Positions 27,440-40,383 of a stretch of DNA of 64,000 nt are shown piece by piece. The stretch is from the human T2T-CHM13v2.0 reference genome, Homo sapiens. The notes under the pieces were generated by a model. It was not told where the DNA came from. It was given only the letters and a program-made list of their open reading frames with translations, and did not search any database. Position 1 is the first letter of the stretch, and every line of letters starts with the position of its first letter. The stretch is taken from assembly GCF_009914755.1 (NCBI RefSeq), contig NC_060942.1; one strand, written 5' to 3'. A program made the translations under genes and the position numbers.

Positions 27440-28513
27440 CCAGTCACAACTATGCCCTTTGTGCTACTAGATGAATGTACCATTTCCAGTATTGTTTTAA
27501 AATATCTTTTCTCAAACATTTAATTCCTTCTACTCCAGCGCTGTTTCCATATGCAACATCACTGAGAAAACAGAAGCTATTAGATTAAAACACCATCAAC
27601 TTGCAACACCTCCCTACAAGATAGCTTTTCAGTAAATCATTCTTTGTGTTTGAAAGAGCTCCCCTTTCCCATCTAATGCTCATCCCTAACTGTATGCATT
27701 TGACCCTACAGTATCAACCATCTTTGGGTCAAGTTGAATTTCTTTCTACTTGACTGTTGCTCCGGATTCCTTTCCATTGGTATTGAAAGTTACTCAGGCT
27801 CTCATATAATTTAAAACAAAAAACACTAACAGGAACATTTCCTCTTTCCACCCTACTACATCTTTTCTCTTTATAACTGTAAAAAGAGTTGTCACCTTTC
27901 TTCATCTCAAAGTTACTCTTCAACCTATTGTCCTTGGGCTCTATTCCCATCATTTTATGGAATAACCCTTGTCAATGATACTAAGGACATTGTCATTGCT
28001 GAATCCGTCATTTGCTTTCTGATCATTTGCTTGCTATTATCTCTATAGGCTTCAAATTTGACAATCATTCTGTTCCAGAAATTTCTCACGTCCTAGTCTT
28101 CTGTAAACTCAAGCTATATGCATCTCCCATCACCCTTCTGGCTGCTTTTGCTCAGGCTTCTTTGCTCTTCCCTTCCTCCACACAGGCTGTAAACACTAAT
28201 ATTTATCAAGTCCAAATTCCTCTCTCTTTCTCTAACTTCCCCTTCTTCAATAGATCTCAGCTTGGAAATCATTTCCATTGGGGATCTTCACAAATAGGGT
28301 TGTAGTCCTTCCAATGTAACTTTCCAAAGAACCTCAAGCCTATTTCCTATTTGCATTTATTTCAAATCTTGTCATTGCTACTTTACAGGGTGACATCCCC
28401 ATGGAACTATGAATTCCTTGGAAACAAGTATTGGCTTACCTTTGCTCTTGTAACTTCAACACTGAACTCCATGTTGACAAACTTTTGTCACATCACAAAT
28501 ATTTGTTGAATAA
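27440..28513 (+). mobile_element. Ancient L2 remnant
   Basis: Pyrimidine-rich L2-like body ending in aaatatttgttgaataaa; boundaries approximate. Confidence 0.55.
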
Positions 28514-31500
28514 AATTTTATTGTAACTGAGGGAGACTGGGTTTCTGAAAGTTTCCAGACTATCTGATATAATATGGGATATTTGAAAAACAGTAAATTA
28601 ATGGGTTCAGTATGGCTGGTAAGTTTAATTAGATGGCTCTAAACCACCAAAATTTATTTCCATCTCCTTATAGTGATTGCTGTGTGATTCTCAATAGACA
28701 ACTCAGGGCCCCTGTGTTTTTTTAAACTTTTTTTCCATTTAAGTATTCAAATAATTAAACTACTTTGCTCAATTCTTCTTAAAGGATTTAAGGAACGGGT
28801 TATGAGATAAAGTCTATTAATTACATATGTAGTCATGTTTGGGTTTTACGGTTATCACATATTTCTGGAAAAAAGTATATGTCTGGATATGCGTGTCTAT
28901 ATCTACATATAATTATGTGTAAGTTGATTTACAATTTTGGTTAATAAGAAGGTAGCAATTACTAATAAGGGTGAGGCTGAAAATATAGCACACATGAAGT
29001 TCTATTCCACAGTAAACAAAGTAAACAAATTCATAAGTTATATTTTTTCTTTTCTTATAAATACTCCCAAAGTTAAAAGTTATTGGCCTAGTTTCCACTC
29101 TGATAAAAATAATGATGACTAATATTTAGTTGAATTTTTACCACTATATTTTACCTAATATATTTGCCCTTCATTTCAGGAAACTAGCTTCAATTAACAC
29201 TTCAATTTACTGAGAAATTTTAAGCACAAGACAAGAGGGCTCATATTTTCTTTAAAAATTGAACTATTCTTAAAGAACATTCTTAAAGATTTGAACTATT
29301 CTTAAAAAGACAATGTGTTTGTAATTATTTTTTCCCTTATACCAATAGTAGACACCATTTCAATAATATAATGATGTGATTGCTTGTGAAACACGGTTAG
29401 CACAATAACAATTTTCCAAATATAAATCTCAAATAATGAAACTGTTGCCTCCTAGAAAAGAGAATGTTGATTTGTGTTTTCATGAATACTTTCATGTTTT
29501 CCTGCAAGGTACCAAAAATTCACAGAATCACAGAATCTTAAAGCTGGAAAAGGCCTTGGTGATTGTAGAGTCTAAATATCTCATTTTACACATGAGAAAA
29601 CTGAAAACTGATTTCCCAGACCCACAAAGGGAACTAAGAACATTCTTTTTAGTTTCTCTGCCACATATAACTCTTTTCTTCTTCCCCAAGCACCAAAGCC
29701 AGCATCTTTCACCTTCTCTAATATCTCATTTTCTGCCTCATCTGCAAGCAAATGCAGAGTTCCAGGCAAGCCCAGTGAAGTGCAAATCCCTTGCATGGCC
29801 TCTCCTTTCTTCTCCAGCACTTTTAATACACTCCTCCTTCTGTTGGGAGAATCTCTTCCTTTTCACTGCACATTTCCTATTTTAAGACTCAGCTCAAAGG
29901 TTACCTCTTTCAGGAAGATCTCTCTGACCTGAAAGGCTGAGATAAGTGTCTTTTCATTACACTTCTGGTAAGCGCTATTCTTATTGACACCACAGTATGT
30001 ATATTATTGCATCGGAATTGTGGACTGACTTCTCTGCTTGCCTGTTCTCCAGGTCCCAGCACAGGGCTGGTTCATAGCTGGAGCTCGAGGAATATTCACT
30101 ACATTTATGAACAATTTCATGAGTAGAATCCAATGCTCATACATACTGAAACAAAAATATGAACATAGAGGGCAGTGTGCAAGACAATAACAGAAAAAAA
30201 TGGATTCAATCATTAATTCATCTGTGATAGTATTAGAAATTAATGTATTATTAAACTTTATTTCACTTTACCACATGCATAAATTTGTGCATGTGCACAC
30301 ACATATTAAAATGATAGAGCTTGAAAGGAGAGAAACACTTTCAGCTAAAAATTGTACCCAAGTGACTAATCCATAGGCTCTGTGGAATAATTTCTATGCA
30401 GCTCCTTAGGGCAAATACAATAAACGAAGACCTGGACTAACCATGTATTCTTATGAGGATGCTGCGGCTGAGCTGACCAAATGCCGAAACCCCCTGTCAA
30501 AGCATGTGCAGGGAGAATGGGCTACCTGTTTGCCTCTCTGGACTGCCTTTTCTGATGGAGATTCAGCTTGGAACAATCTTAAGCCCTGCCCTTGCCTGGG
30601 TCTTTGAAAAGTACTTACTGTTCCGTGCCAGTGATCAAACCAAAACCTCCATCAATTTCTCTGAGAAAAAAGCTACATGATCCAGCTGACAAAATGATGT
30701 ATATTATGAATAATAAATTTCTCAAGGGCTTCAGTCTACGTTATTTACTAGACAACCATAATTTGTAATGTTTACTTAAACACTGGCTCTCAACAAAACA
30801 CTTAGAAACACTTAGCATCTTGTCCCTGAGCAGTTTGCATCTGAAATTTGAACTGCTTAATTTTATTGAGTGGAAAGAATTTTAGTATGCTGCTACCCCA
30901 ACCACCACCAAGACTGCCAACATAAGCCATATCTGCACCAGAACTGGACTGTGATGACTGGAAAAACACGTGAGTGAAAGCTGCAATGTCACTGTTTTTG
31001 GAGCAAAACAATGTCTGTCATGAATCACTGCCTAGTGAAAGACAAGTCTTCACCATGACTCCAGGAGAAAACATGACATACTTTATATATAAGCAAGAAA
31101 GTCCAGGCTGGAATACTTTCTGTAACCTCTACAGTACTTTTTCTTTTTTTTTTTTTTATCATCTGATACACTTTACTGGTTGCTTTAGCATTTAAAATGA
31201 ATTAAATGCTATTAAACCCCATTTTTAGGTAGTTTCATCAGTACAGCCTAAGGGGATATAAAGCAAGGAGCTTTCTCTGGCAGAAATCCAGATACTAATG
31301 GTGTTAAAATGCTTTCTTATTGCATTTAAGTCAGTAGTTAGGTCAAGTAGACAAACATATTTTAGAATATGTTTAAATAAGCACTCTATTAAGTGTTTCT
31401 TTTCAACTCACTCATATTCTCTTACTTATTCTCTTTCCTGCTAATACAGAAAGTGACATAGTCACAGGCACTGTGGCTTTTGTGTCTAGAAATACTGAGT

Positions 31501-32275
31501 TTGTTAGTTAAAGTTGGAGTACCTGAGACTAATAGAAATGATGATGATTATGATGAGGAAACCGGGGGCCAACAAAACATTGCAGAGGACAAAAAGAATA
31601 AGAAGGGTAGCAAATTGCCACTGGGTAGACAGGCATCAAGGTGACACGTGTCCCTGAACACTTGATTGCATCTTGTTTGCAGAAGTAAGAAAACTGGCTA
31701 CCAATTGTGCACATAAATTTAGGTTTTGTTTGGTCTGTGAAAAAAAATGAGTCTCAAACCTCATTTACAGCTACCACAGTTTTGGCAGCGAGTGATATTA
31801 CTAAAGAAACTTAACAAGGACTGTGGCATTTTAATTGTAAGCATCTAACTATAAATAAAATTTGGATATATATTTTTTGTAGCGAGTGAAGAGAGACTAA
31901 AAAAAGGGCAGGAAATGAAGGGCATAAGGAGAGATTTTCATTGCTGAAATGGTGTGTGAGAAGTGGTGCTCCTGGACAAAAATGAAAGGCTAGGCAATCC
32001 TTAGTTATGATTTAGAGTAAGCAAGGTGGCAAGTGGATGAAATAAAAACAAAGGAACTCTTAGAGCAAGAAAATTATGTCCATAAAAAATAATCATACTC
32101 GTGGTGAAAAATAGAATAAGAAATAATGAAAATGAGAATTTCAGGTAAGCTTTGCAAAATGTTGATAAATTATATGAGGCAAAGGGCCATTTCAAATTTT
32201 TTTATATGTTTATATGTACCTAGCACTGTATTTGACAAAGAGTGGCTGCTCAATAAATAATCCTTTCGTATAGAT

Positions 32276-32335
32276 GATGGATGGATAAATGGATGGATGG
32301 ATAAATGGATGGATGGACGGGTACATGGATGAATG
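32276..32335. repeat. (GGAT)n degenerate microsatellite
   Basis: Visible tandem gatg units. Confidence 0.85.
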
Positions 32336-33611
32336 GGAGGGACTCTTCCTTTGCGATAGTCAATATAAAATTAGGGATGAACCTTTGAATTTGGGAAGCA
32401 GTAGAAGTTAGTATCCTAATGTAGGAAGTTCTAGAGACACACAGAGAAATCCCATAAACGCTTGAATTAAGTTAACATGTTATGAACCTTCAAGGGGGAA
32501 TTGCTATCTGGATGCTGCCCATTGACAGATCTTGATCAACATCTGCTAGGGTGTCCACTGAACATCCACTACTGATCCATCCCATCTAACATGGAAATGG
32601 TTTGATGTTCAAATATAGGATGCAGTTCATAAGTAGTTGCTTAATTTAGAAACATATATGTTTGGGAGAATTACATATGCTGGATCACACAATTGTTTAA
32701 GATGCCAGGATATGAAAAGTATCTGGAATCTCTCTTCTCTCTCTTTTGAAAATATGGAAAATAACAATGTGATCCTACACACACTAATAAAATGTGATTT
32801 TATATTAGATATTTTTCTCTATCTTTGAAATGTATTAAACTTCTCTATATCTCTCAGATCTTTCCTTATATTTGCTTGTTATATTAGCCTTCTGAATGTA
32901 TGTATTTGAGATACTTTCAGTGAGGTACATGGTCATTCAGCAATTTAATTCTCCTGAAGAAGTAGAAACTTAAATGTGCACAGAATATATTTTCCCCCCA
33001 TTACTGTAATATTCAATTGGACTAAATTATCCTGTAACAGCATTTGATCATGCAGCTAGTGGATCTGGCTTCGTTTACTTTAAGGTTAGTAAAGTCACAG
33101 CTTAAATTGCTTAAGAGTTAGCAGCATCAAAGTTTCCTCTTCTTCCTTTATTAACTTCTTTACTTGTAAAGAGTTGAAAACTGGCATAGGAAGTGGAAGG
33201 TCAGTGTGGAAGAAATACTACTGGTCATCATCTCTACTTTGGAAAGGTCAATGAGACAAGGATTTACAAAGGATGTACAAAGAAAAAAAAGATGCTCAAG
33301 ACTTTTCTTGTTTCAAGTCATTTAATCCTCAAAGGGAAACCTAAATCATATTAAAAAGCATGAAAATAATAAGAATAATAAAAGAAACATTCAGATGGAT
33401 AATTATTTTACTAAATGTAATAGAAAATATGGCATATTATTAATGTATATGCTTTAGGAAAATATTGTCATAGACCTTCTCATTTTCATTTGCAGTGAAT
33501 TCAAGTGAGTGTCCTAAAGGAAGTGAAGAGAATTATTCTCCTCTCTATGGGACTTTGACTTTCTAGAGCCAGATATAAGTGTATTTACCATCCAAAGACA
33601 AGTGAATCATA

Positions 33612-33672
33612 AAATTGTGTTAAATGAGAAAATTTAAGGAGGAAATTGTGTTAAATGAGAAAATTTAATGAG
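33612..33672. repeat. 31-bp tandem duplication
   Basis: aaattgtgttaaatgagaaaatttaa repeated at 33612 and 33643. Confidence 0.9.
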
Positions 33673-35179
33673 ATAATGAGGAACCCAAAGATCAAAGAAG
33701 TAGATATCACAGAGGAAGGGGAATCACAGGGAATTTTAAGACCAGAGGAGCTGGGCTATGGTAAGAACATCCTCATCAGACCTGAGAGAAGTCTGCGAAT
33801 AAAGGCAGCACAGATAAGATCATGATAGTATTAGAATCCAGACCCGGAAGCAGATCTGGAAGGCAGGTTACAGGAGCAGGAAAGTTCACACCCTTCACCT
33901 GGAGACAGGAGAATCCAGGAAGATGATTTTAATCATTACTTTTAGGGTCAGAATAAGGGGTTAGGTATAAACAATTGGAAAGGCAAAGGTAAGACAAATG
34001 TGTTTGTGTGTCTCTGTGAGAGTGCATACATGTGTGTGTGTATAAACAGTCCCAAAAAGGAGTGGCAGTGTGGGGTGGGGTGTTGAGCATATTGAAGGAC
34101 ACAAATCTCACTTGAAATTAGAAATAGATTCAGCTAAGTTTTCTACACTCTCTCCTGTGCAATCATGGAAGTATTATATTTCATGCAACACTTTTAGATG
34201 TTTAAAAATTAGCAACCAATGTTATTAACATCAATCATAAACTACATCTGCAATTCAACCACTTGATATAGCCCTGCACATAAAATAGACATGCACCTTC
34301 ATAAAAGCAATAGTTCCTTCTCCCAGCACAGGTTGATAAGCAATCATGTATCATGATGTATATAGCCAGGAAGAAACTGAAAAGATATTGTTCAAGAGAC
34401 GCAGGCCAAAAGCCTGCCTTCGAAAAGTTCTCCTGGACTTTTATTTCCCACATAGAACATTGAGGATGGTAATTTTGAAGGCACCATCAGACCCCTTACT
34501 GAGTCATATCACATTGGTCTATTTTAGGACAATAAAAGGTTGAACTCCCTTTTCTGGGATTTAAAAGTTGGGTTTCATGGAGTGTAGCTATTTCAAATCT
34601 GCAGCTGGCAGGCCATGGAATTGATACAGCATAATAACACTGATCTTCGGAACTGAGACTTCCTTAGGATGGAAATGCCACCATGGTACTCTTCAATGAG
34701 CAGCTTAAAGAAGATTTCAGTAATACTGAGCTACAATTGCTCAGTGACAAAGGTACTCCCTAGCTGTGCTTTTGGCAGGGTTTAAACTCATGAGGGTATA
34801 GTTCATAGGGTACAGAATATAACACTTCCTTCCGAGTTTGGAGAGGTATAATATGCACAATCACTATCTATTATTAGGGAAGGCTGAATGACAGGTAATG
34901 TCCAAAGATAGAAATGCTATCAAGTACAAAGCAATCTTCAAGAAGACCTGCTTAAACCAATTGCATTATTCCTATATTTTCATATTTCTCTCATTAAACT
35001 ACTTATAACTTTATATATAGCCTTTAGGGCATAGGGATTAGAGAAAATTTCAAAGAAAAAATAATAATTGCTTTGCTTTGGATTATTACCCTTTCATAGA
35101 AAACTACTAAAATTAAATCTACTAGTTAAACAGGAAGATATTTATTTAAGGAAAAACACTGCTTTCAAAATTTTCAAGT

Positions 35180-36152
35180 GCCCTAGGGCTCATTCCTGGG
35201 ATCCTTTATCTCCTCTCCATAGGTAATCTCATCTACTCCCATGGCCTCAAATTCATCTATATGATAATGACTCCTAAACTGTATCTCTGGCCTTGACCTC
35301 TCCCCCATCTCCAGGCGAGTATCTCTAAGGGATGCCTAATATGCATCTCAAATTTATCATGTTCAAAACAGAACTCTTCACTACCTTCCCCATCTCTCAC
35401 CCTCAATCTCCTTTTGCCTCAATTTGTCTCATTTCCCCAGCTACCTACTTCACCAGCCAGCCAATCCTATTGCTCACGCCAAACAAAAAGGCACCTTTGA
35501 TGCTTCTCCTTCCCTCTCTCTTGACATAAAATTCACAAGTAGGACCTGCTGAATCTGCCACCAAATTATATCCCATCTGTTGACTTCACTCCATCTCTGT
35601 CTCTACCAGTCTCATCTATAGACCCAGTATCCCCTATCTCTTGACTGATCTTTTTGCTCCTTCCTGGTCTATCCTCTCATGCAACAGACCAGGAAGTCTG
35701 CAAATATTGTAACGTGGATCATGTCTCTCCTGCTTAAAATCTTAACAATTTTTCAAAATATTTAGAATAAAATCTAAATTTCTGACCCTGGTCTATTAAG
35801 ACCCATATAATCTGACCTGAGTCTACCTTTGCTCTCATCTAATAGCCCTCTCCCCTGAGCCAATGCTCTTAAAGCCATAGAGCATTCTTTCTGATCTTGA
35901 AACATGCCAATCTTGTTCTCACCTTAAGGCTCATTATTCCTAATGCCTTATCTGTCAGGAATGCTTTCCTCCCTAATTTTTATGCTGCTGGTTCCTTCTT
36001 ATAATTTAGGACTTCTCCATTTTAATTCTCTGCAAAGTATGTATCAGTAAATAATTTCTAGTTGAACGGTGTCATTGCCTTTACAATTCGCCACTATATA
36101 TCCAGTGCCTAGAAAAGTGTTAGTTTCCAATAAATATTTGGTGAATAAATGA
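35180..36152 (+). mobile_element. Ancient L2 3' portion
   Basis: L2-like motifs (atgcatctcaaattt, tgcttaaaatc, cagtgcctag) ending aataaatatttggtgaataaatga. Confidence 0.7.
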
Positions 36153-38605
36153 TCTTCAGAATTATTGTGTTAATTCTATAACTATGAATGTCACCGTATT
36201 TGAAGCAATTAGCTTCTTTATTGCTAGGGTGGGACAACAATCTGATCATTTAGTTATAGAGATTCTAGATATAGAGCTGTAACACTTTGTAGTCTATAAT
36301 AATGTCATAAACAGCTTCTGATAAAAATAACTCAAAAAATGGGAGTGAGAAAAGTGAAAATAAATCCAAGATATCAATTTGCTCAATTTTTTTCTATTTG
36401 TACTTTAATTGGTAATTAGATAATTTTGCTACTAAACTATAGGCAATGCCTTAGTTACTATTTTATAGTCCCAGCTACTAATTTTAAAAAGTTTCCACTT
36501 AATTCAGAAATAAAGATTAGTTGCCTTCTTCAATTGAACTGTCTATTAAAATAATTAAGAATGGCTGTTAAATAGTTTGAAAACAATACTACATTTGAAC
36601 AGTATGTCGAAGAGCAGGCATGAGCTGGTCTTTGCTTAAATTCTACCTTTGTTCCTCACTAGTGGTGTGACTTCAGGAAAAATTTTTGCCTTCGTGAACT
36701 TCAGTTTCCTCTGGTAAAAAATGATATGATAACACTTAAATCATATAATTGTTATAAAGTCCCTAAATTCCTCACACAAAATAGAAATTCAATTATCATG
36801 AATTATATTCTCTTTTTTCTTTCTTCTTGTTCGTTGTGGACACTTCTTTTCAAATATCAAGGCTTTATTTCTGTTTTTAATTGCAGTCGATGACTTTGTG
36901 TTCTGACAGCGGTTCTGTAATCAGGCTGGAGGGGAACTATCGCAGTGAGAAGAGTTGCACAATAAAACCTTTTGGCACTTTGTTAAAGCTCTTCGGAAAT
37001 CTTCCGGTACCAGAACTTTCCCTCCTCCGCACCACTGCATTGCCACCACAGACTGTATTTCCTAGCAAGAAAATTTAAAACTAGCTTAGAAGCAAAGGGA
37101 AGAGAGGACTCCTGTGCTTATATTTAGTTTCTACAAGGACAAGAGAATAGATAAAAATTACACGTAACCACAGAACTCCTTATCTGTAAGAAATCGTATT
37201 GTCTTTCACCCAATGAGGAAACGAGTTTTTGCAAAATTGATTGCTTCCCTTGTCTTATAATTTTTCTTCTTAAGGCACTGGACTCTCTACAATCTACTCT
37301 ATGTATTGCATTTGCATAAATTTGTTCCCGTACCAATCCTCCAGTCCTAGGATTCATTTGCTGACTCTTTGGATTCCCATTTAAAACAACTATAAAGTTT
37401 AAAAATTTCAGCTTTATCCAGACTCACCTTTTAAGGAGAAAAGAGAATATTGAATCTAAAATAGATAATAGAAATAAAGTAGGCAAAAATAAATAACTTT
37501 CATTTCCCATGTGCACACACAACCTATGAGGTTAGGTGGCATAACAAGCTGATGTCAAATTGATGACTAGACCCAAGCCTACCAATTCCTATTTAATGTT
37601 TTTAATTCCTACACTGTGGGCCAATTTCTATATGTGAAATATATAATTCTTGCTTGTGTAAGTGTGAATAGCTATGGTGGGTTTATAGCCTTTTCTCAGC
37701 ATTGTTGCAAAGACCCAGGCACACTGCTCTTGCTGATGGGACAGTCTCTCCACAAAGTAAGCAATGACGCTTGGAAAAAGAGAAAGCCAGAATGAATCTA
37801 TCATGATCTAGGGGATATAATAATCATTCAATTAAGGTCATCTATTTATTTTATTATAAAACATTAATATCAACAACAATATTTAATGCATTCAATTCAA
37901 CAAATAAATATTTATGGAACAAAATATGATTAGCACAGTGCCTAGCTCTAATAAGTGCTTGATAAATGTTAATTATTATTGTTTTATTTTTCTGTGTCAC
38001 ATACAATATATAATTTTATTAGGAATCTATAAAGTAGCTATTATTGTTTTAATTAGTGTTATTACAACTATCATCCTCACTCAAGTTTTACAAGTGAGAA
38101 AACAAAACAAGGCATAAACATAATCTCTGCCACTCTAAACCAATGAGAATTTGACAAGAGGTTAGAGATTATCTATTTGTGTCCTGCACCCAGTTCAATG
38201 CTGCCCTCTATTAGTTTTAGGCAGAAAGTCACATAGTCCCCTTGTAAATCCTTCGAGACCCAGGGATTCCAGTATGTAATTATTTTGTATTTTACTCACT
38301 GTAGTCTGCAGAAGGATCTTCATATACTGAGCCCAGTTCTCTCTCCCAGTAACTTCTACCAAATGGCCCTCTGTTAAACTCTCTCTGGGACTTCAAGAAA
38401 TAATGTGAATCTCTCTTCTTTATGGGTATCATGGTATCATGGTGAAAAACCATCATGACATGTCTCCTTCTCTTCTTCAAGTTCAACGTCCAATTCCTTC
38501 AGCAATGCCCTGTCTGATATGTCCTGTACTTTACTATTAGTTGCTTTTTTTTCTGTATACTCCCATTTATCCATGCCCATTTTTAAAATGTGCAGTCAGA
38601 ACTTT

Positions 38606-38785
38606 ATAAAATATTTGAGTCATGGGCTAGTCCAAAATATAGTGGGACAAATAAATGTCCTCAATCTTTAGCCTATAAAAATCCTATGCAATCCAATAAA
38701 ATATTTGAGTCATGGGCTAGTCCAAAATATAGTGGGACAAATAAATGTCCTCAATCTTTAGCCTATAAAAATCCTATGCAGTCCA
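38606..38785. repeat. 90-bp x2 tandem duplication (89/90 identical)
   Basis: 38606-38695 equals 38696-38785 except A38691/G38781. Confidence 0.97.
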
Positions 38786-39763
38786 AATTTCAAATTTCAG
38801 CCCAAATGTCACCAGTTTGATACAAGCATCATCTTCACTCAGTTGGCAAGTAGACATCACCATTTTAATATTTGTTTATATACAAATATGTTCCCTAATC
38901 TCTGGAAGACAGCTAGGATATATCTGAAGCATTTATGTGAGCATTTTGTGTGTTTTGGTGGGAATGGCAACAAAACATTAATTCTATACATCCAGCACCG
39001 CTACTCCCTGTCACATGTGGTAGGCAGTGGAGAAACTGAATGAGTAGAATGAGTATTTTGTGTAAAGAAAACATCAGCTCCAAACTCCCTGAGGCAAAAA
39101 AGCGCTACGGACATTTGAAGGAAGAAATGAAATCCAGCATCTTGGTGTGGTGTGGAAAGTATGGTATGACATCTTAGTATCTATAGTTTTAAAGTAATTC
39201 TTGGTACATTAACACTGATAAGAATATTGAACAGAGATGACCAAGTGTAAAGTTCTATGTCTCAACAAAATGATATCTTTCCAGGTTGACAATAACAATT
39301 TTAAATACTTATATTTTTGTTCAACCATTTTCACTCAAGCTCCAATTAATCCATCTTCTATATTTGAAAACATTGTGAAGAATTTTTTATTTGTATTGTT
39401 GAACAAAACACTAAAAAATATTTTTTTCCTTTTGGTTTGTGACTATTAAAATTTTTTTACTATGGAAAAAAGAAAGGGTTAAAATTATGAATGTATAAGT
39501 CAAATGAAAGTAAGCTGATTTTTTAATAGACAGCTCGTCAAAATCTTTAAAAGAGCACACATCACCACCCTTTTCCCCCATAGAATACCCATAGTTTTCT
39601 GTGGAATTCCAGTGATCTCTGGAAAAAAACATGTGACAAACATTCCATTAGGTACATTTTCTAAGAGCTTTACATTATCCTGAGGTTGTAAGATTCCCTA
39701 TACTTACTATCAAACAACAGGGTAGAGTGGCATATAAAAATGTGACATGATGAATACTGCAGC

Positions 39764-40383
39764 TGTTGGAACTCAGAAAACAATACCCCAAAATGAAAGC
39801 CTCAGAAGCAAAAGTTTTCCTCTCACCTTCTGCTGCCCTCCTGTCTCCCAGTCCTATCCTTCCCCAGGGCTAGCCATAGAAACTAGAACCCCTTTTCCTT
39901 AAGGTGGGTCATAGAAACTTGAACCCTGTTTTCCAAAGCCAGCCAAAAACCCTAAAAATATGAATCTAACTTTCCCTCTGCCTTTCTTTGCAAAAACTGG
40001 CCATAAAAAATTATCTGACCTACGTTGTTTGGCTGTAGGACATGAGAACCTCATTCAGGACAGGGTCCTGCTCCATACCAAGAAGGGAAGAATGCATGCT
40101 CAGAGAGGCCAAGAAGAATCTAGATGGACAGGCCGGGATGGTTTCCCCATTCGGTCTAGAAGCATTAGATCATACCCTTTTTGTCCAATCATATTTCTAC
40201 ATGGCTGTCCATATGTTATTGAACCTAAGCACAGAAATAGACAATTTCCATTGTGTCTTTGTGTCTTCATTCTGAAGGCTCCCATGTACATGTGTGTGCC
40301 TTTTCTCCTATTAGTCAGCTTCTCGTCAGTGATTTTCAGTGAACTTTCAGAGGGTGAAAGGGGGGTTTCCCTTGGCCCTTATA
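39764..40383 (+). mobile_element. Solo ERV1 LTR, MER39-like
   Basis: Starts tgttggaactcagaaaacaataccccaaaatg and ends cccttggcccttata; 4-bp flanks cagc/ctgc. Confidence 0.8.

Noticed and set aside
37421-37456. Minus-strand AAG/GTGAGT donor with an AG ~28 nt upstream
   Set aside because: Putative exon is itself a pyrimidine tract with a weak acceptor; no supporting context.
38590-38820. 76-aa ORF with an internal 30-aa repeat
   Set aside because: Artefact of the 90-bp DNA duplication; non-ATG start.
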